A stretch of 64,000 bases of DNA from Leptonemataceae bacterium (GTDB taxonomy: Bacteria > Spirochaetota > Leptospiria > Leptospirales > Leptonemataceae). A program made the translations under genes and the position numbers. The stretch is taken from NCBI GenBank assembly GCA_965227295.1, contig OZ245742.1:4640206-4704205 (forward strand), written 5' to 3'. Of the stretch, positions 8,265 through 17,716 are shown one piece after another. The notes under the pieces were generated by a model. It worked only from the letters and a program-made list of their open reading frames with translations. It did not search any database and was not told where the DNA came from. Numbering within the stretch: the first letter of the stretch is position 1; every line of letters starts with the position of its first letter.

Positions 8265-9800
8265 ATGGCCGTTGCCGGTTCTTCCCGCCTCATCTCCGGA
8301 CGCGCGGACTACGAAAGCACGCACGCGTACTTCGAAGACCGTCGGGGTTCCTACCACGATTACAAAGATTCCTCCTGGCTGACGGATACGCCCGGCGGCG
8401 AGTACCGCGTTTCTCGCCTGGGCTTCGGTACGTATCGCGTGCAGCGCGGCGTACGTTCGTTCTTCGACGCCCTGCGCGAGGCCCTGCTCGCCGGAACCAA
8501 CGTCATCGACACCGCGGCGAACTATGCCGACGGCGAGGCCGAGTCCCTCGTCGGCGACGTGCTCGCCGAACTCCTGGACGTCGGCCGCATCCGCCGCGAG
8601 CACGTGGTGATCGTCAGCAAGGCCGGTTACATCCAGGGCCGCCTGCTCGATCACTACCGCAAACACACCGAACGATACCACGAGGCCCTGCGCTTCGGCC
8701 CGGATCTGCTGCACTGCATCCAGCCGGAATTCTTAAGCGATGAGATCGACTTCAGCCGGCGGCGCATGCGCCTGGAATCGGTGGACGTCTTTCTTTTGCA
8801 CAACCCGGAGTACTTTTTGCGCTACGCCCTCGCCGCCGGCATGAGCGCCGAAGAAGCCCGCACGGAATTCGAACGACGATTGGGCCGCGCCTTCGCATGC
8901 TTGGAGGATCTCGCCGATCGCGGGCGGCTCAGCTACTACGGCATCTCTTCCAACACGTTCGCCGTGCCGGAGGAAACTCCCGACGCCCTGCACCTGGACC
9001 GCGTGCTGGCCCTGGCCGGCCCGCGCTTTCGAGTGATTCAGTTTCCGGCGAATCTCGTCGAGAACGACTTTCGATTTTCACGGCTGTCCGGCGGCGGCAA
9101 TCTTTGCGAGCAGGCGCGCGCCGCAAAGCTCTGGACGCTTTCCAATCGTCCGCTGAACGCGATGATGGCCGGCCGTGGTCTGGTACGCCTGGCGCGCATG
9201 GCCCAACCCCCGCCGGACGACGGGGCAAGCACCGTGGCGGAGTTCCAGCGCCTGGCCTCGCGTCTCGAAGAAGTCGAGGCGGAGACCCTGCGCATCTTCG
9301 GCGATCGTCACTTTCGTTTCGACGAACGCACGCCGTCTCCGGCGGACATCGTACGCCACTATCGCCACGCCTTTTCGAACAAGGAAAGCTTTCGGCGCAA
9401 TCGCATCCCGCTTACGGAAGAGATCCAGCGCACGGTGAATCATCTGCGCACGGTGGCCGAACGCGAGGAGGAACGCTACGCCGTGGAGAGCCTGGTGCGT
9501 CTTTCGAATGCGGTCTTCGGCATCTGGGAAAAGTTCGCGGACATGCGGTATCATCATCGCATGGAGTATCTGGAGCAGGCCCTCTCCGGTAGTTCGCCGG
9601 CGCTCCAGGGCCGGCCCCTGGCCCGGCAGGCCGTTTTGTTTTTACTCTGCCGCCCGGAGCCGGCAACGGTCCTGGTCGGTATGCGCAACACGGCCTACGT
9701 CCGCCAGTTGCACGAGATATACGCGGAGGATTTGCCCGGCTCCGAAGAAGCGTTGCCCATCGTCACGGCGGCGGAGCAGGCATTAGAGGAGATGCCGTAA
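8265..9800 (+). CDS. Aldo/keto reductase family oxidoreductase (long form)
   Basis: GFGTYRV and NVIDTAANYADGEAESLVGDVL (the AKR D-TA-Y-G-SE-lG signature), followed by VDVFLLHNPE. Confidence 0.75.
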   Translation: MAVAGSSRLISGRADYESTHAYFEDRRGSYHDYKDSSWLTDTPGGEYRVSRLGFGTYRVQRGVRSFFDALREALLAGTNVIDTAANYADGEAESLVGDVLAELLDVGRIRREHVVIVSKAGYIQGRLLDHYRKHTERYHEALRFGPDLLHCIQPEFLSDEIDFSRRRMRLESVDVFLLHNPEYFLRYALAAGMSAEEARTEFERRLGRAFACLEDLADRGRLSYYGISSNTFAVPEETPDALHLDRVLALAGPRFRVIQFPANLVENDFRFSRLSGGGNLCEQARAAKLWTLSNRPLNAMMAGRGLVRLARMAQPPPDDGASTVAEFQRLASRLEEVEAETLRIFGDRHFRFDERTPSPADIVRHYRHAFSNKESFRRNRIPLTEEIQRTVNHLRTVAEREEERYAVESLVRLSNAVFGIWEKFADMRYHHRMEYLEQALSGSSPALQGRPLARQAVLFLLCRPEPATVLVGMRNTAYVRQLHEIYAEDLPGSEEALPIVTAAEQALEEMP

Positions 9801-9862
9801 TAGCGCCCGAATCGGAGTTGTCAGAGAGTGCCCGCCGTGCACAATCGCCGCAAGGTACTCCT

Positions 9863-10096
9863 ATGTCACTTACGGCCGATCAGCAGAAGCTCCTGGAGCT
9901 CTACAACAACGCCATGGCGCTCTACAAGCAGCGGAAATGGCAGGACGCCATGGCGGGTTTCAAAGAAGCCCGCAAGCTGGAGGAAGATCCCGAAGGCATG
10001 AGTCCGTCGAAGGTCTACATCGAACGTTGTGAGGCCTACATCAAAGATCCGCCCGGCGACGATTGGGACGGCGTCTTTACCATGAAAACCAAGTAA
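9863..10096 (+). CDS. Small TPR-like hypothetical protein
   Basis: ATG 9863. The sequence LYNNAMALYKQRKWQDAMAGFKEARKL ... PSKVYIERCEAYIKDPPGDDWDGVFTMKTK resembles, from memory and at low certainty, the C-terminal tail seen on some class III nucleotidyl cyclases. Confidence 0.45.
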   Translation: MSLTADQQKLLELYNNAMALYKQRKWQDAMAGFKEARKLEEDPEGMSPSKVYIERCEAYIKDPPGDDWDGVFTMKTK

Positions 10097-10150
10097 TTCG
10101 GCGCAGCCCTCCCGTGCGCTGCCGGCACCCCTGACCGGCCTCGTTTCCCT

Positions 10151-10519
10151 ATGGCAAAAAAGAAAGACAGCATCATGCCCGAGATCACGGAAGGCGGCAG
10201 CGTATCCACCGTGCTCGGCAAAGAAACCAGCTTCGAAGGCGTACTGGAGTTCAAGAAACCCCTCCAGATCAACGGTGCCTTCGAGGGCGAGATCATAACC
10301 GAGGGCGTCCTGCTCATCGGCGAAACGGCGACGGTTAAGGCGAACATCAAAGCCGGCACCGTGGTCGTCGGCGGTCAGGTCTACGGCAACATCGAAGCCC
10401 GCAATCGTCTGGAGATGCTCGAATCGGGGCGGGTGCACGGCAACATCAAGACGGCGAAGCTGCAAATTGCCGACGGCGTGGTCTTCGACGGCAACTGTGA
10501 AATGATCGATCCGTCGTAA
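10151..10519 (+). CDS. Bactofilin (polymer-forming cytoskeletal protein)
   Basis: Beta-helical bactofilin repeats: FEGVLEF..PLQINGAFEGEI, GVLLIGETATVKANIKAGTVVVGGQVYGNIEA, LEMLESGRVHGNIKTAKLQIADGVVFDGNC. Confidence 0.85.
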   Translation: MAKKKDSIMPEITEGGSVSTVLGKETSFEGVLEFKKPLQINGAFEGEIITEGVLLIGETATVKANIKAGTVVVGGQVYGNIEARNRLEMLESGRVHGNIKTAKLQIADGVVFDGNCEMIDPS

Positions 10520-10530
10520 GCGCGGCGGAC

Positions 10531-12255
10531 TCAGCCCTTGCCGGGCGCGATCTTTTTCTTCGACGTTTTCTTCGAAGCGGTCTTTGCAGCCGATTTCTTT
10601 GCGGATTTCTTTGCCGGCTTCTTCGCGGCTTTCTTTTTCGAAGCTGATTTCTTCTGCGCCGATTTCCCCGCCGCTTTCTTTTTCGCGGCCGTTTTCTTCT
10701 TCGGAGCAGTCACCTTCTTCTTCACCGGCGCCCCGGGCTGCATGCGTTCGTCCGTTTCTTCCGGCGCATAATCGTCGCTCCCGTCTTCCGGAATCAATGC
10801 GAGCTGCTCATCCGCCCCTGTATCGACCGACTCCGGCGGGGCTTCGGGAACGGGGATGACTTTTTCGTCGACGGCCTCTTGCGCATCGGCGCGATCCATT
10901 CGATCCGCCGGCTCGTCCCGCACGGTCTCAACGCCGTCCGTGCTCGCATCCGCATCCGCATCCGCATCCGCATCCGCATCCTGCGCATCCTGTTCATCGT
11001 TCGCATCTTCCGAACGCGGCTCCAGGATCTCCACGAACGCGCGATGATAGACCGCCGCCGTGCGATCCCAGTTCCAGTCTTCCGCGGGAAACTCCACCCG
11101 CGGCCCCGGACGCGGTTTGCGAGCGGCACTCGCGGCGAGGCTGTCCTCGGTGAACTCTTCGAGAGCCCGCGCCCACTCTAAGGTTTCACGCGGAGAAATG
11201 TAGCGCACGGCATCGCCGCCGATCTCGTGAAAGCACGGAATGTCCGACGCGACGGCCCGGCGGCCGTGGCACAACGCTTCGAGCAACGGCAGGCCAAAGC
11301 CTTCGTACAACGAAGGCATCACAAAGAACGCGCAACTGCGATACAGTTCGTTTAAGTGGCGATCCGAAAGCGACTCCAGGTTGTAGATCTTACCGCTCTC
11401 ACGCTGATAATCCTTTAAACGATCGTAAAACTCGTCGCTTTCCCAACCGCGGCGCCCGGCAATCACCAACGGCAAAGCCCTTAGCTGCATGCGGCGATAG
11501 TAACGAATGTATGCGTCGATCAACGTACCGTAGTTCTTACGCGGTTCAATGGTCGACACCGCCAGGATGTAGTTTTCGTTCGGACGAAAGCCCAGACGCA
11601 TGGCGATCTCGCCGTGCAGTTGTTCGCGTTCCGCGCGATCCGGCACCGGCGGTATGTCGTAGCCGAGTAAGGCGACCCCGGCCTGCTCTTGCGGATAGTC
11701 GAATTGTTGGACCATGTCGTCCCGGGTCTGCGTGGAAATCCCGAAGATGCGTTCCGCGCGGCGCACGCTCATTTGCATGACGGCGCGCTGTTGCATGCGC
11801 GCCAGGGAACGCATGGTCTCCGGATAAAAGTACAACACAAGATCGTAGGCTGTAAGTACCGAAGGAATTTCGCGCGGCATGCCAGGCGGTGTTACCTGCT
11901 GCGAACCCCAGAAAAGGTCCACGGGTTCCCGGCGTAAAAGAAACGGCAGGGAGATGTTAAACCAGAGGCCCGCCCGACCGGCAGTCCAGCCCTCGCCCTG
12001 AACCCATTCCATGTTGGGAAGGTCGAGGAGATCGCGGAAGTCCGCGTGTACCGGACGGCTCGCGTAAAGTACGAAGTGAAAGCGTTCCGGTTCCGGGAAG
12101 TGTCGCAGCACGCTGGAGATAACCCGGGCCACGCCGGACATGGGAGAAGTAAGCGGACGCGCGTCTACGCCGATGCGATAGACTCCTGACGTTGTGGCAT
12201 CGTCCCGGGCTTGCTCCATCCAGCACCAGCATTTTGGTGCCGGATGCGAAGGCAA
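10531..12255 (-). CDS. Family 1 (GT4-type) glycosyltransferase with an acidic DA-repeat linker and a Lys/Ala-rich C-terminal tail
   Basis: GT-B C-terminal domain motifs (YRSCAFFVMPSLYEGFGLPLLEALCHGRRAVASD). This is followed by DAQDADADADADADAS and a 68-aa KKKxAxKK tail. The start may be 12255 or 12219. Confidence 0.8.
   Translation of the reverse strand: MPSHPAPKCWCWMEQARDDATTSGVYRIGVDARPLTSPMSGVARVISSVLRHFPEPERFHFVLYASRPVHADFRDLLDLPNMEWVQGEGWTAGRAGLWFNISLPFLLRREPVDLFWGSQQVTPPGMPREIPSVLTAYDLVLYFYPETMRSLARMQQRAVMQMSVRRAERIFGISTQTRDDMVQQFDYPQEQAGVALLGYDIPPVPDRAEREQLHGEIAMRLGFRPNENYILAVSTIEPRKNYGTLIDAYIRYYRRMQLRALPLVIAGRRGWESDEFYDRLKDYQRESGKIYNLESLSDRHLNELYRSCAFFVMPSLYEGFGLPLLEALCHGRRAVASDIPCFHEIGGDAVRYISPRETLEWARALEEFTEDSLAASAARKPRPGPRVEFPAEDWNWDRTAAVYHRAFVEILEPRSEDANDEQDAQDADADADADADASTDGVETVRDEPADRMDRADAQEAVDEKVIPVPEAPPESVDTGADEQLALIPEDGSDDYAPEETDERMQPGAPVKKKVTAPKKKTAAKKKAAGKSAQKKSASKKKAAKKPAKKSAKKSAAKTASKKTSKKKIAPGKG
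10946..10981 (-). repeat. Perfect hexanucleotide microsatellite (GCATCC)6, read as (GGATGC)6 on the coding strand, inside the GT4 gene
   Basis: Six uninterrupted GCATCC units are read directly at 10946-10981. They encode the DADADADADADA stretch. Confidence 0.95.
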
Positions 12256-12265
12256 GCGGAATCGC

Positions 12266-12502
12266 TCAACGGTGCGGTCGGGGGGCGCGCGGTTGCTGCA
12301 ACCGCGCAGGGAAGAGTGACGTTACCGAGTGTTTGTACACCAGGGTGCGGTTCCGGTCCGTCTCGATGAGGATGGTGAACGTATCGTGGGCGAGCACCCG
12401 GCCCTTGATGTGCACACCGTTCTTGAGATAGACGGTGACGTTCTTCATCTTCTGTACCGAATGGTCGAGAAGACGGTCCTGGTAAAGGCGCGAGGACGAC
12501 AT
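12266..12502 (-). CDS. hfq: RNA chaperone Hfq
   Basis: Sm1/Sm2 pattern: LQDRLLDHSVQKMKNVTVYLKNGVHIKGRVLAHDTFTILIE ... LVYKHSVTSLFP (compare E. coli YKHAISTVVP). The start is taken at MSSSRLYQ (12502). Confidence 0.9.
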   Translation of the reverse strand: MSSSRLYQDRLLDHSVQKMKNVTVYLKNGVHIKGRVLAHDTFTILIETDRNRTLVYKHSVTSLFPARLQQPRAPRPHR

Positions 12503-12545
12503 CTCGTTCAAGAGACGACGCGAGCGGATGGGCGCCAATTACTTT

Positions 12546-13358
12546 TCAATCGTAACTGTAGCGCAACCGCAGTTTTTTCTCGCGAACGTAACGCTGGAGC
12601 TGCTCCACGAGAACGGCCGGCCCCGCGGCGAGGCCGATGCTGCGGGGCTCTGCGCAATTATATCTCTGCGGCGTACCCGTTTCCAGTTCCACGATGGTGC
12701 CGTTCGGTCGGCCGAGGACCAGGGCCGCCCCGCCGCAGATGTCCCACTCGTTCTTCGGATACAGCGAAAGCACGCCGTCCGCCCGGCCCGCGGCCAACAG
12801 CGCCAGCTTGCGCGCGATGGAGCCGGTGGGTTCCCAGTGCAGATCATTCACCACGCTCTCGTAGGACTTACGCTTCCACTCGGTCCGGCTGACCAGAATC
12901 TTCGCCCGACGCAGATCATCGCATGCGTACACCGTTTCACCGAGTCGTGTTTCGCGAAACGATCCCTCGTCGTCGTAGGTCCAGAGCGAAAGGCCGAGGT
13001 CCGGGCCGCCGACCAGAATCTCGCGGTTGACCGGCAAGGCCACGCAGCCGAGTACCGGCCGGCCGTTTCTGGCGAGCCCCGCCGAGATCGAGTAACCGCC
13101 GGTGCGTTCTACGAACTCCCGCGTCCCGTCAATGGGATCGACGATCCAGACGCTTTCGCATTGCAATCGATTGTGCGGCGAGTCTCCGGAAGTGTCGTCC
13201 ACGGATTCTTCCGACAGCCAGCCGGCGGCCGCGTCGATGCGCCCGAGTTCTTCCTGTAAGATTTGATTCGCCTTCAGGTCGGCGGTGGTAACAGGGGTGT
13301 GATCCGCTTTCGTTTCGACGTCGAAGCTGCGATCTTCGTACAATGCCTGCACGGCCAC
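12546..13358 (-). CDS. Inositol monophosphatase family protein (CysQ/SuhB-like phosphatase)
   Basis: IMPase motifs present: KADHTPVTTADL, WIVDPIDGTREF, EWDICGGAALV. GTG 13358 is the only canonical start, but family-like sequence continues upstream (see findings). Confidence 0.8.
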   Translation of the reverse strand: MAVQALYEDRSFDVETKADHTPVTTADLKANQILQEELGRIDAAAGWLSEESVDDTSGDSPHNRLQCESVWIVDPIDGTREFVERTGGYSISAGLARNGRPVLGCVALPVNREILVGGPDLGLSLWTYDDEGSFRETRLGETVYACDDLRRAKILVSRTEWKRKSYESVVNDLHWEPTGSIARKLALLAAGRADGVLSLYPKNEWDICGGAALVLGRPNGTIVELETGTPQRYNCAEPRSIGLAAGPAVLVEQLQRYVREKKLRLRYSYD

Positions 13359-13436
13359 CGCCGCACGATGTACAGCATCGCGCAGCGGAATCAGATACGA
13401 AGCAAGATCAGGCAGCGTGAAAGACTCCGGTGAAAA

Positions 13437-13919
13437 TCAAGGGGTCGGCTGTTCTTCTTCGCTTTCGTGCTCGGGCTGACCTTCGCTGATGATCAAGAAC
13501 TTTTCGTAAGCCGGCGCCTGAATGTAAATCTCGGGATCGCGAATGAAGTCGAAACGTACGATGTAGTTGTCGTACTTCACGTAATAGACGAGTTCCGAGG
13601 TGGGGTTCTCGTACTGGAAGGTTTCCGGCGAAAGATTTTCGAGGATCTGGGTCTTCTTCCTGTGGAAGCGCCGGCTGATGGCCAGGGTGAGCGCGCGCTG
13701 CAGGTTTTCTTCAAGGGTGCGCTTGCGGGCTTCCGGGGTTTTCTGGCGGCTGCGAATGGCCTCTTCCACTTTGCGAAACTCGGCCATAATGCCCTCGGCC
13801 CGACCGGCATAGACATCTTGCGGGAGTGCAAAGAGAATCGCCAGCGAGAGCGCCGGAACGAGCCGGAGCGCGCGCCGGCCTGAGGAAATCGCAATCGAAG
13901 AAATGACGTTGTGGTTCAT
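13437..13919 (-). CDS. Hypothetical secreted protein
   Basis: N-terminal signal-like segment (RALRLVPALSLAILFALPQDVYAG) followed by a charged helical region. GC is lower than in the neighbouring genes. Confidence 0.55.
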   Translation of the reverse strand: MNHNVISSIAISSGRRALRLVPALSLAILFALPQDVYAGRAEGIMAEFRKVEEAIRSRQKTPEARKRTLEENLQRALTLAISRRFHRKKTQILENLSPETFQYENPTSELVYYVKYDNYIVRFDFIRDPEIYIQAPAYEKFLIISEGQPEHESEEEQPTP

Positions 13920-14007
13920 GTAAAAGGACTCCGCGGGTACTCTTCCAATGATTCGGCAATCGGGAGCTCAATGTTGAGCCGCACGACGCCGGAATTCTCG
14001 GTCGAAT

Positions 14008-14035
14008 CGCTCGAAAAACGAGCGCTCGAGCGCTC
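14008..14035 (-). terminator. Candidate intrinsic terminator downstream of uvrD
   Basis: On the minus strand, 12 nt after the uvrD TGA, lies GAGCGC-UCGA-GCGCUC (a perfect 16-nt palindrome at 14020-14035) followed by G UUUUU. An alternative CGCUCG-UUUUU-CGAGCG hairpin overlaps it. Confidence 0.55.
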
Positions 14036-14047
14036 CACCGTTACGAC

Positions 14048-16363
14048 TCAAAGTCGTTCCAGCGGCGTGTATATAGCCAGAAACTTACGCTCCCGGGCCT
14101 CCCGGTCAAACAGAATCGTGAGCTTCTGGCCGGTGGGCGTATCCGCCACGGCCGTCACGACTCCGTCCCCGTACTTCGCATGACGCAGGCGTTCGTTCAC
14201 GGCATAGGTTTCGTCGCCGCTCTGCTGCGCCGGGGAACGCTGCCACTGGAGCCGGCCGCTGCCGAGCGATGCGCGCGGAGTCCCGAAGCTCGAACCACTG
14301 CCGAAGCCGCCGTCGTAGCCGTCCCGGTCGAGGGCCGTGGGATCGATCTCCTGGAGAAAGCGTGAAGGCAAACGATCCTGGTACCCGCCGTGGACCCGCC
14401 GCCGCCGGGCCCCGCTGAGAAAGAGGCGCTCCCGGGCCCGGGTAACGCCCACATAGACCAGGCGCCGCTCCTCTTCGATGTTGCCCTCATCCAGCGAAAG
14501 CGAATGCGGCAGATAACCTTCTTCAAGTCCGCTCAGGTACACCACCGAGAACTCCAATCCCTTCGCGTTGTGCAGGGTCATGAGATAGACGAAGGCCGTT
14601 TCGGACTCCGGATTGCCGACACCGCTTTCGGTATCGCTGGTGTAGAGAGAAATGCGCTGGATGTAGTCGGCGAGGTTCGGCCGCGCCGGGCCCTGCTGCT
14701 TCGCCGTGTCCGGATCGAAGTGATCGGGATCCACCCCGGGATCGTAGGCGGAGAGTTCGCGTTCGTCGAATTCCTCTTCGTATTGTTCCAGCGAGGCGAT
14801 GAATTCCTCGAGGTTTTCCAGGCGACCGGGCGCGTCGGGATTCGGATCGTTCTCGAGCATGGCCAGATAACCGGTCTCCTCCAGGATGCGCGTGGCGATG
14901 ATGGACGGCAGTTCCCCGTTCTCGTTCAACGCACGCCACCCGGCAAATAGGTCGTGCAGGTGCTCCATCTTTTTCGCCGCGCGGAAGTTCGGGATCTCCC
15001 CCGCCCGGGGCAGCGCGTCCATCAACGGCAGACCCTCGGCGCGCGCGACGTTGCGCAGGCGTTCCAGGCCGGTATCCCCGACGCCGCGCGCCGGCATGTT
15101 GATGATGCGTTCCAGGCTGAGATCGTCCGCCCGGTTGACGACGACGTTTAAGTACGCGAGCAGGTCTTTGATTTCTTTGCGCTCATAAAACCGTAGCGCA
15201 CCGACGAGCACGTAGTCGATGTCGTTCTCGCGTAAGATCTTTTCAAAGATGCGCGACTGGGCGTTCGTCCGATAAAAGACCGCCATGTCGTTCAGTTTGT
15301 AACCCTGGGACTTCATGGAACGAATGCGCGAGACGATGCTCCGCGCTTCCTCGGTATCGTCGTCGTAAACGGAGTACTTCACGAGGTCGCCCTCGTCGCC
15401 CTTGCTGCTGAACAGCGTCTTCTCCCGGCGCTCCTCGTTGTTTTGAATCAACGACGCGGCCGCGCGTAGAATCAGCGGCGTGCTGCGATAGTTCTCTTCG
15501 AGTCGCAGGATTTTTGCTTCGGGATAGTCCTGTTCGAAGCTCAGTATGTTCGAGATGTCCGCGCCGCGCCAGGAGTAGATGGACTGGTCGTCGTCACCGA
15601 CGACCATGATGTTCCGATGTTCCGCAGCGATCAGACGTCCGAGCAGGTACTGCACGTGATTCGTGTCCTGGTATTCGTCGATCATGAAGTGACGCCACAG
15701 CGCGCGGTACTCGTCGAGCACGTCCGGGTGTTCTTGAAAGATGCGCACGGTTTCGTATTGCAGATCACCGAAGTCCACGGCGTTGGATTCCCGCAGGCGT
15801 TTCACGTACTCCACGAAAACGTCGCCGATGATAGACCCGTAAAAATCGTTAGCGTGTTGTTCGCGATAGCGTTCCGGTGAGATGTACGCGTCGCGCGCGC
15901 GGTTGATCTCCGCGGAGACACTCTGCACGGCGAGCTGCTTCGGGTCGATGCCCCGCTCTTTCAGGATGCGCTTGAGCAACGACGTCTGCCCCTGCTGGTC
16001 CGCAATCGTAAAGCCGGACTTCAGGCCGATGCGATCACCGTGGCGCGACAGCACGTAGAGACCCAGGGAGTGAAACGTGCGCACGAAAACGTTCTGCGCC
16101 ATCGGTCCCATCAACGTTTCCAGGCGTTCGCGCATTTCCCCGGCGGCCTTGTTCGTAAACGTTACGGCGGCGATCTTCCAGGGAAACACGTCGCGAATCC
16201 GCGCGAGATACGCGATGCGATGGGTGATGACCCGCGTCTTCCCGGAACCGGCGCCGGCAACGATGAGCAGCGGCCCGTCGTCGTGCAACACGGCCTCCCG
16301 CTGGACGTCGTTGAGCTTGCCGACCAGTTCAGCTTCGATGCGTTCTTTCAGTGCAGAGGACAT
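14048..16363 (-). CDS. uvrD: ATP-dependent DNA helicase, UvrD/PcrA family
   Basis: Walker A (AGAGSGKTRVITHRIAYL), DEYQDTN, VGDDDQSIYSWRGA, and YRS ... TLHNAKGLEF ... VGVTRA motifs. Confidence 0.92.
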   Translation of the reverse strand: MSSALKERIEAELVGKLNDVQREAVLHDDGPLLIVAGAGSGKTRVITHRIAYLARIRDVFPWKIAAVTFTNKAAGEMRERLETLMGPMAQNVFVRTFHSLGLYVLSRHGDRIGLKSGFTIADQQGQTSLLKRILKERGIDPKQLAVQSVSAEINRARDAYISPERYREQHANDFYGSIIGDVFVEYVKRLRESNAVDFGDLQYETVRIFQEHPDVLDEYRALWRHFMIDEYQDTNHVQYLLGRLIAAEHRNIMVVGDDDQSIYSWRGADISNILSFEQDYPEAKILRLEENYRSTPLILRAAASLIQNNEERREKTLFSSKGDEGDLVKYSVYDDDTEEARSIVSRIRSMKSQGYKLNDMAVFYRTNAQSRIFEKILRENDIDYVLVGALRFYERKEIKDLLAYLNVVVNRADDLSLERIINMPARGVGDTGLERLRNVARAEGLPLMDALPRAGEIPNFRAAKKMEHLHDLFAGWRALNENGELPSIIATRILEETGYLAMLENDPNPDAPGRLENLEEFIASLEQYEEEFDERELSAYDPGVDPDHFDPDTAKQQGPARPNLADYIQRISLYTSDTESGVGNPESETAFVYLMTLHNAKGLEFSVVYLSGLEEGYLPHSLSLDEGNIEEERRLVYVGVTRARERLFLSGARRRRVHGGYQDRLPSRFLQEIDPTALDRDGYDGGFGSGSSFGTPRASLGSGRLQWQRSPAQQSGDETYAVNERLRHAKYGDGVVTAVADTPTGQKLTILFDREARERKFLAIYTPLERL

Positions 16364-16409
16364 AATACCAGATACACAGCCGTGCGCTTCCCGGGTAACG
16401 GAAAAACAC

Positions 16410-17681
16410 TCAGGAATTCATGCGGCGCATTTCGAGGAGGTCGTCACCCAGATCGTAGCGCGCACAGGATGTGGTACGACTCTCGAAGAAGTCCGGCAAT
16501 CGCACCCGCTCCTCTTCCGGTAACGCGGCCGCGTCCGGGGCCAGATCGGCCAGGGTGCGGCGGGACCGCAGCACGTAGATCCGATCTTCCCCGGTGAGCC
16601 CCTGCTGTAAAGCATGGAACAGACCCGCCCCGCCCTCGACCAGGACCTCGTTCCATCCCTGGACGGCCAGAAAGCGTCGAAACGCGGCCGCAAAGCCCGC
16701 ATCTTCGAGGTCGGGCAGGCGATCCACCGGTTGCGGCAAGCCCGGCGATTCCGCATGTCCCGGCAACGCCCCGCAGATGGCTTCCCGTCCCGTCGCGACG
16801 GCCAGGTCCGCTTGTTTTTGTAGGAACTCCGACAATTCTTCAAAGTGCCGGCCGCAGAGAAAGACGCGGGCTGGTTGGTACGATCGAGGATTCGCGAGCA
16901 GAGCCGCCTCGACGGTCTCCCGGGAAAGCAACAGGCCGTCCCAGAACGGGTCCGCCCCGTCGATCTTGCGCATGGTTAGAGTTCCTACCAGTCCCGCCTC
17001 GAAGCGCAGTTCCAGGCCGGGCCGGTCCGCCGCGATCGTCCGCGGGCCGACAACAACGGCATCGAGTTTCGCGCGGAGAATCATCCCCACACGCAGACCG
17101 GCCGGCGATGAGATCCGCAACCGGCGTCGGCGGAGACCGATGTAACCATCCGCCGTGACGGCGACTTTTAAATGCAGGCGCGGGCCGCGGCCCACAATGC
17201 GATCCAGAAAACCCCGCAGGAAAAATGCGGCGTCCCCGATCGGCGACGGGCCGAGGGCAACGCGACGCCCCGCTTCCCGGAGCAGGCTGGCCCCGCTCTT
17301 CGAAAGCGCGGGGTCCGCCGCGAACACCCGCAGGCGTTTCAACTGCGGATACTGTAAGATGCGATCACTGCACGGCGGTGTGCGGCCGTGATGCGAACAG
17401 GGCTCGAGGGTTACGAACATGCGCGGCACGCGCGCGCTGGAATTTTCGGCGAGTGCATCGAAATGATCGAGGGCAACGATCTCCGCGTGTCTTGAGCCGG
17501 GAGGTTCCGTGGCGCCGGAGATCAGCGCAACATCGGCCCCATCGGACCGCACAACCAGGAGCACCGCAGCGACCGGAGGATTCGGAGCGGTGCGGCCGAA
17601 CGCGATCAGGGATGCGGCCACTAGTTCGTCGTGCACGTCGCGCCGCAGACTACGTAGAGACTGCAAACGTCCCGCAGACAT
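16410..17681 (-). CDS. ribD: Bifunctional riboflavin biosynthesis protein RibD (pyrimidine deaminase/reductase)
   Basis: Zinc deaminase motifs HAEIVAL and TLEPCSHHGRTPPC. The C-terminal reductase half contains KVAVTADGYIG. Confidence 0.85.
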   Translation of the reverse strand: MSAGRLQSLRSLRRDVHDELVAASLIAFGRTAPNPPVAAVLLVVRSDGADVALISGATEPPGSRHAEIVALDHFDALAENSSARVPRMFVTLEPCSHHGRTPPCSDRILQYPQLKRLRVFAADPALSKSGASLLREAGRRVALGPSPIGDAAFFLRGFLDRIVGRGPRLHLKVAVTADGYIGLRRRRLRISSPAGLRVGMILRAKLDAVVVGPRTIAADRPGLELRFEAGLVGTLTMRKIDGADPFWDGLLLSRETVEAALLANPRSYQPARVFLCGRHFEELSEFLQKQADLAVATGREAICGALPGHAESPGLPQPVDRLPDLEDAGFAAAFRRFLAVQGWNEVLVEGGAGLFHALQQGLTGEDRIYVLRSRRTLADLAPDAAALPEEERVRLPDFFESRTTSCARYDLGDDLLEMRRMNS

Positions 17682-17716
17682 ACACGAGGCTCCGCAGTGT
17701 CCCGCGCGACCGGCGC

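Noticed and set aside
13437-13439. The in-frame TGA between the secreted ORF and the IMPase-like gene, considered as a selenocysteine codon.
   Set aside because: I could not identify a SECIS-like hairpin immediately downstream. No sel genes are in the window, and the context (the end of a plausible independent ORF) fits an ordinary stop. The start-codon problem is kept as a finding instead.
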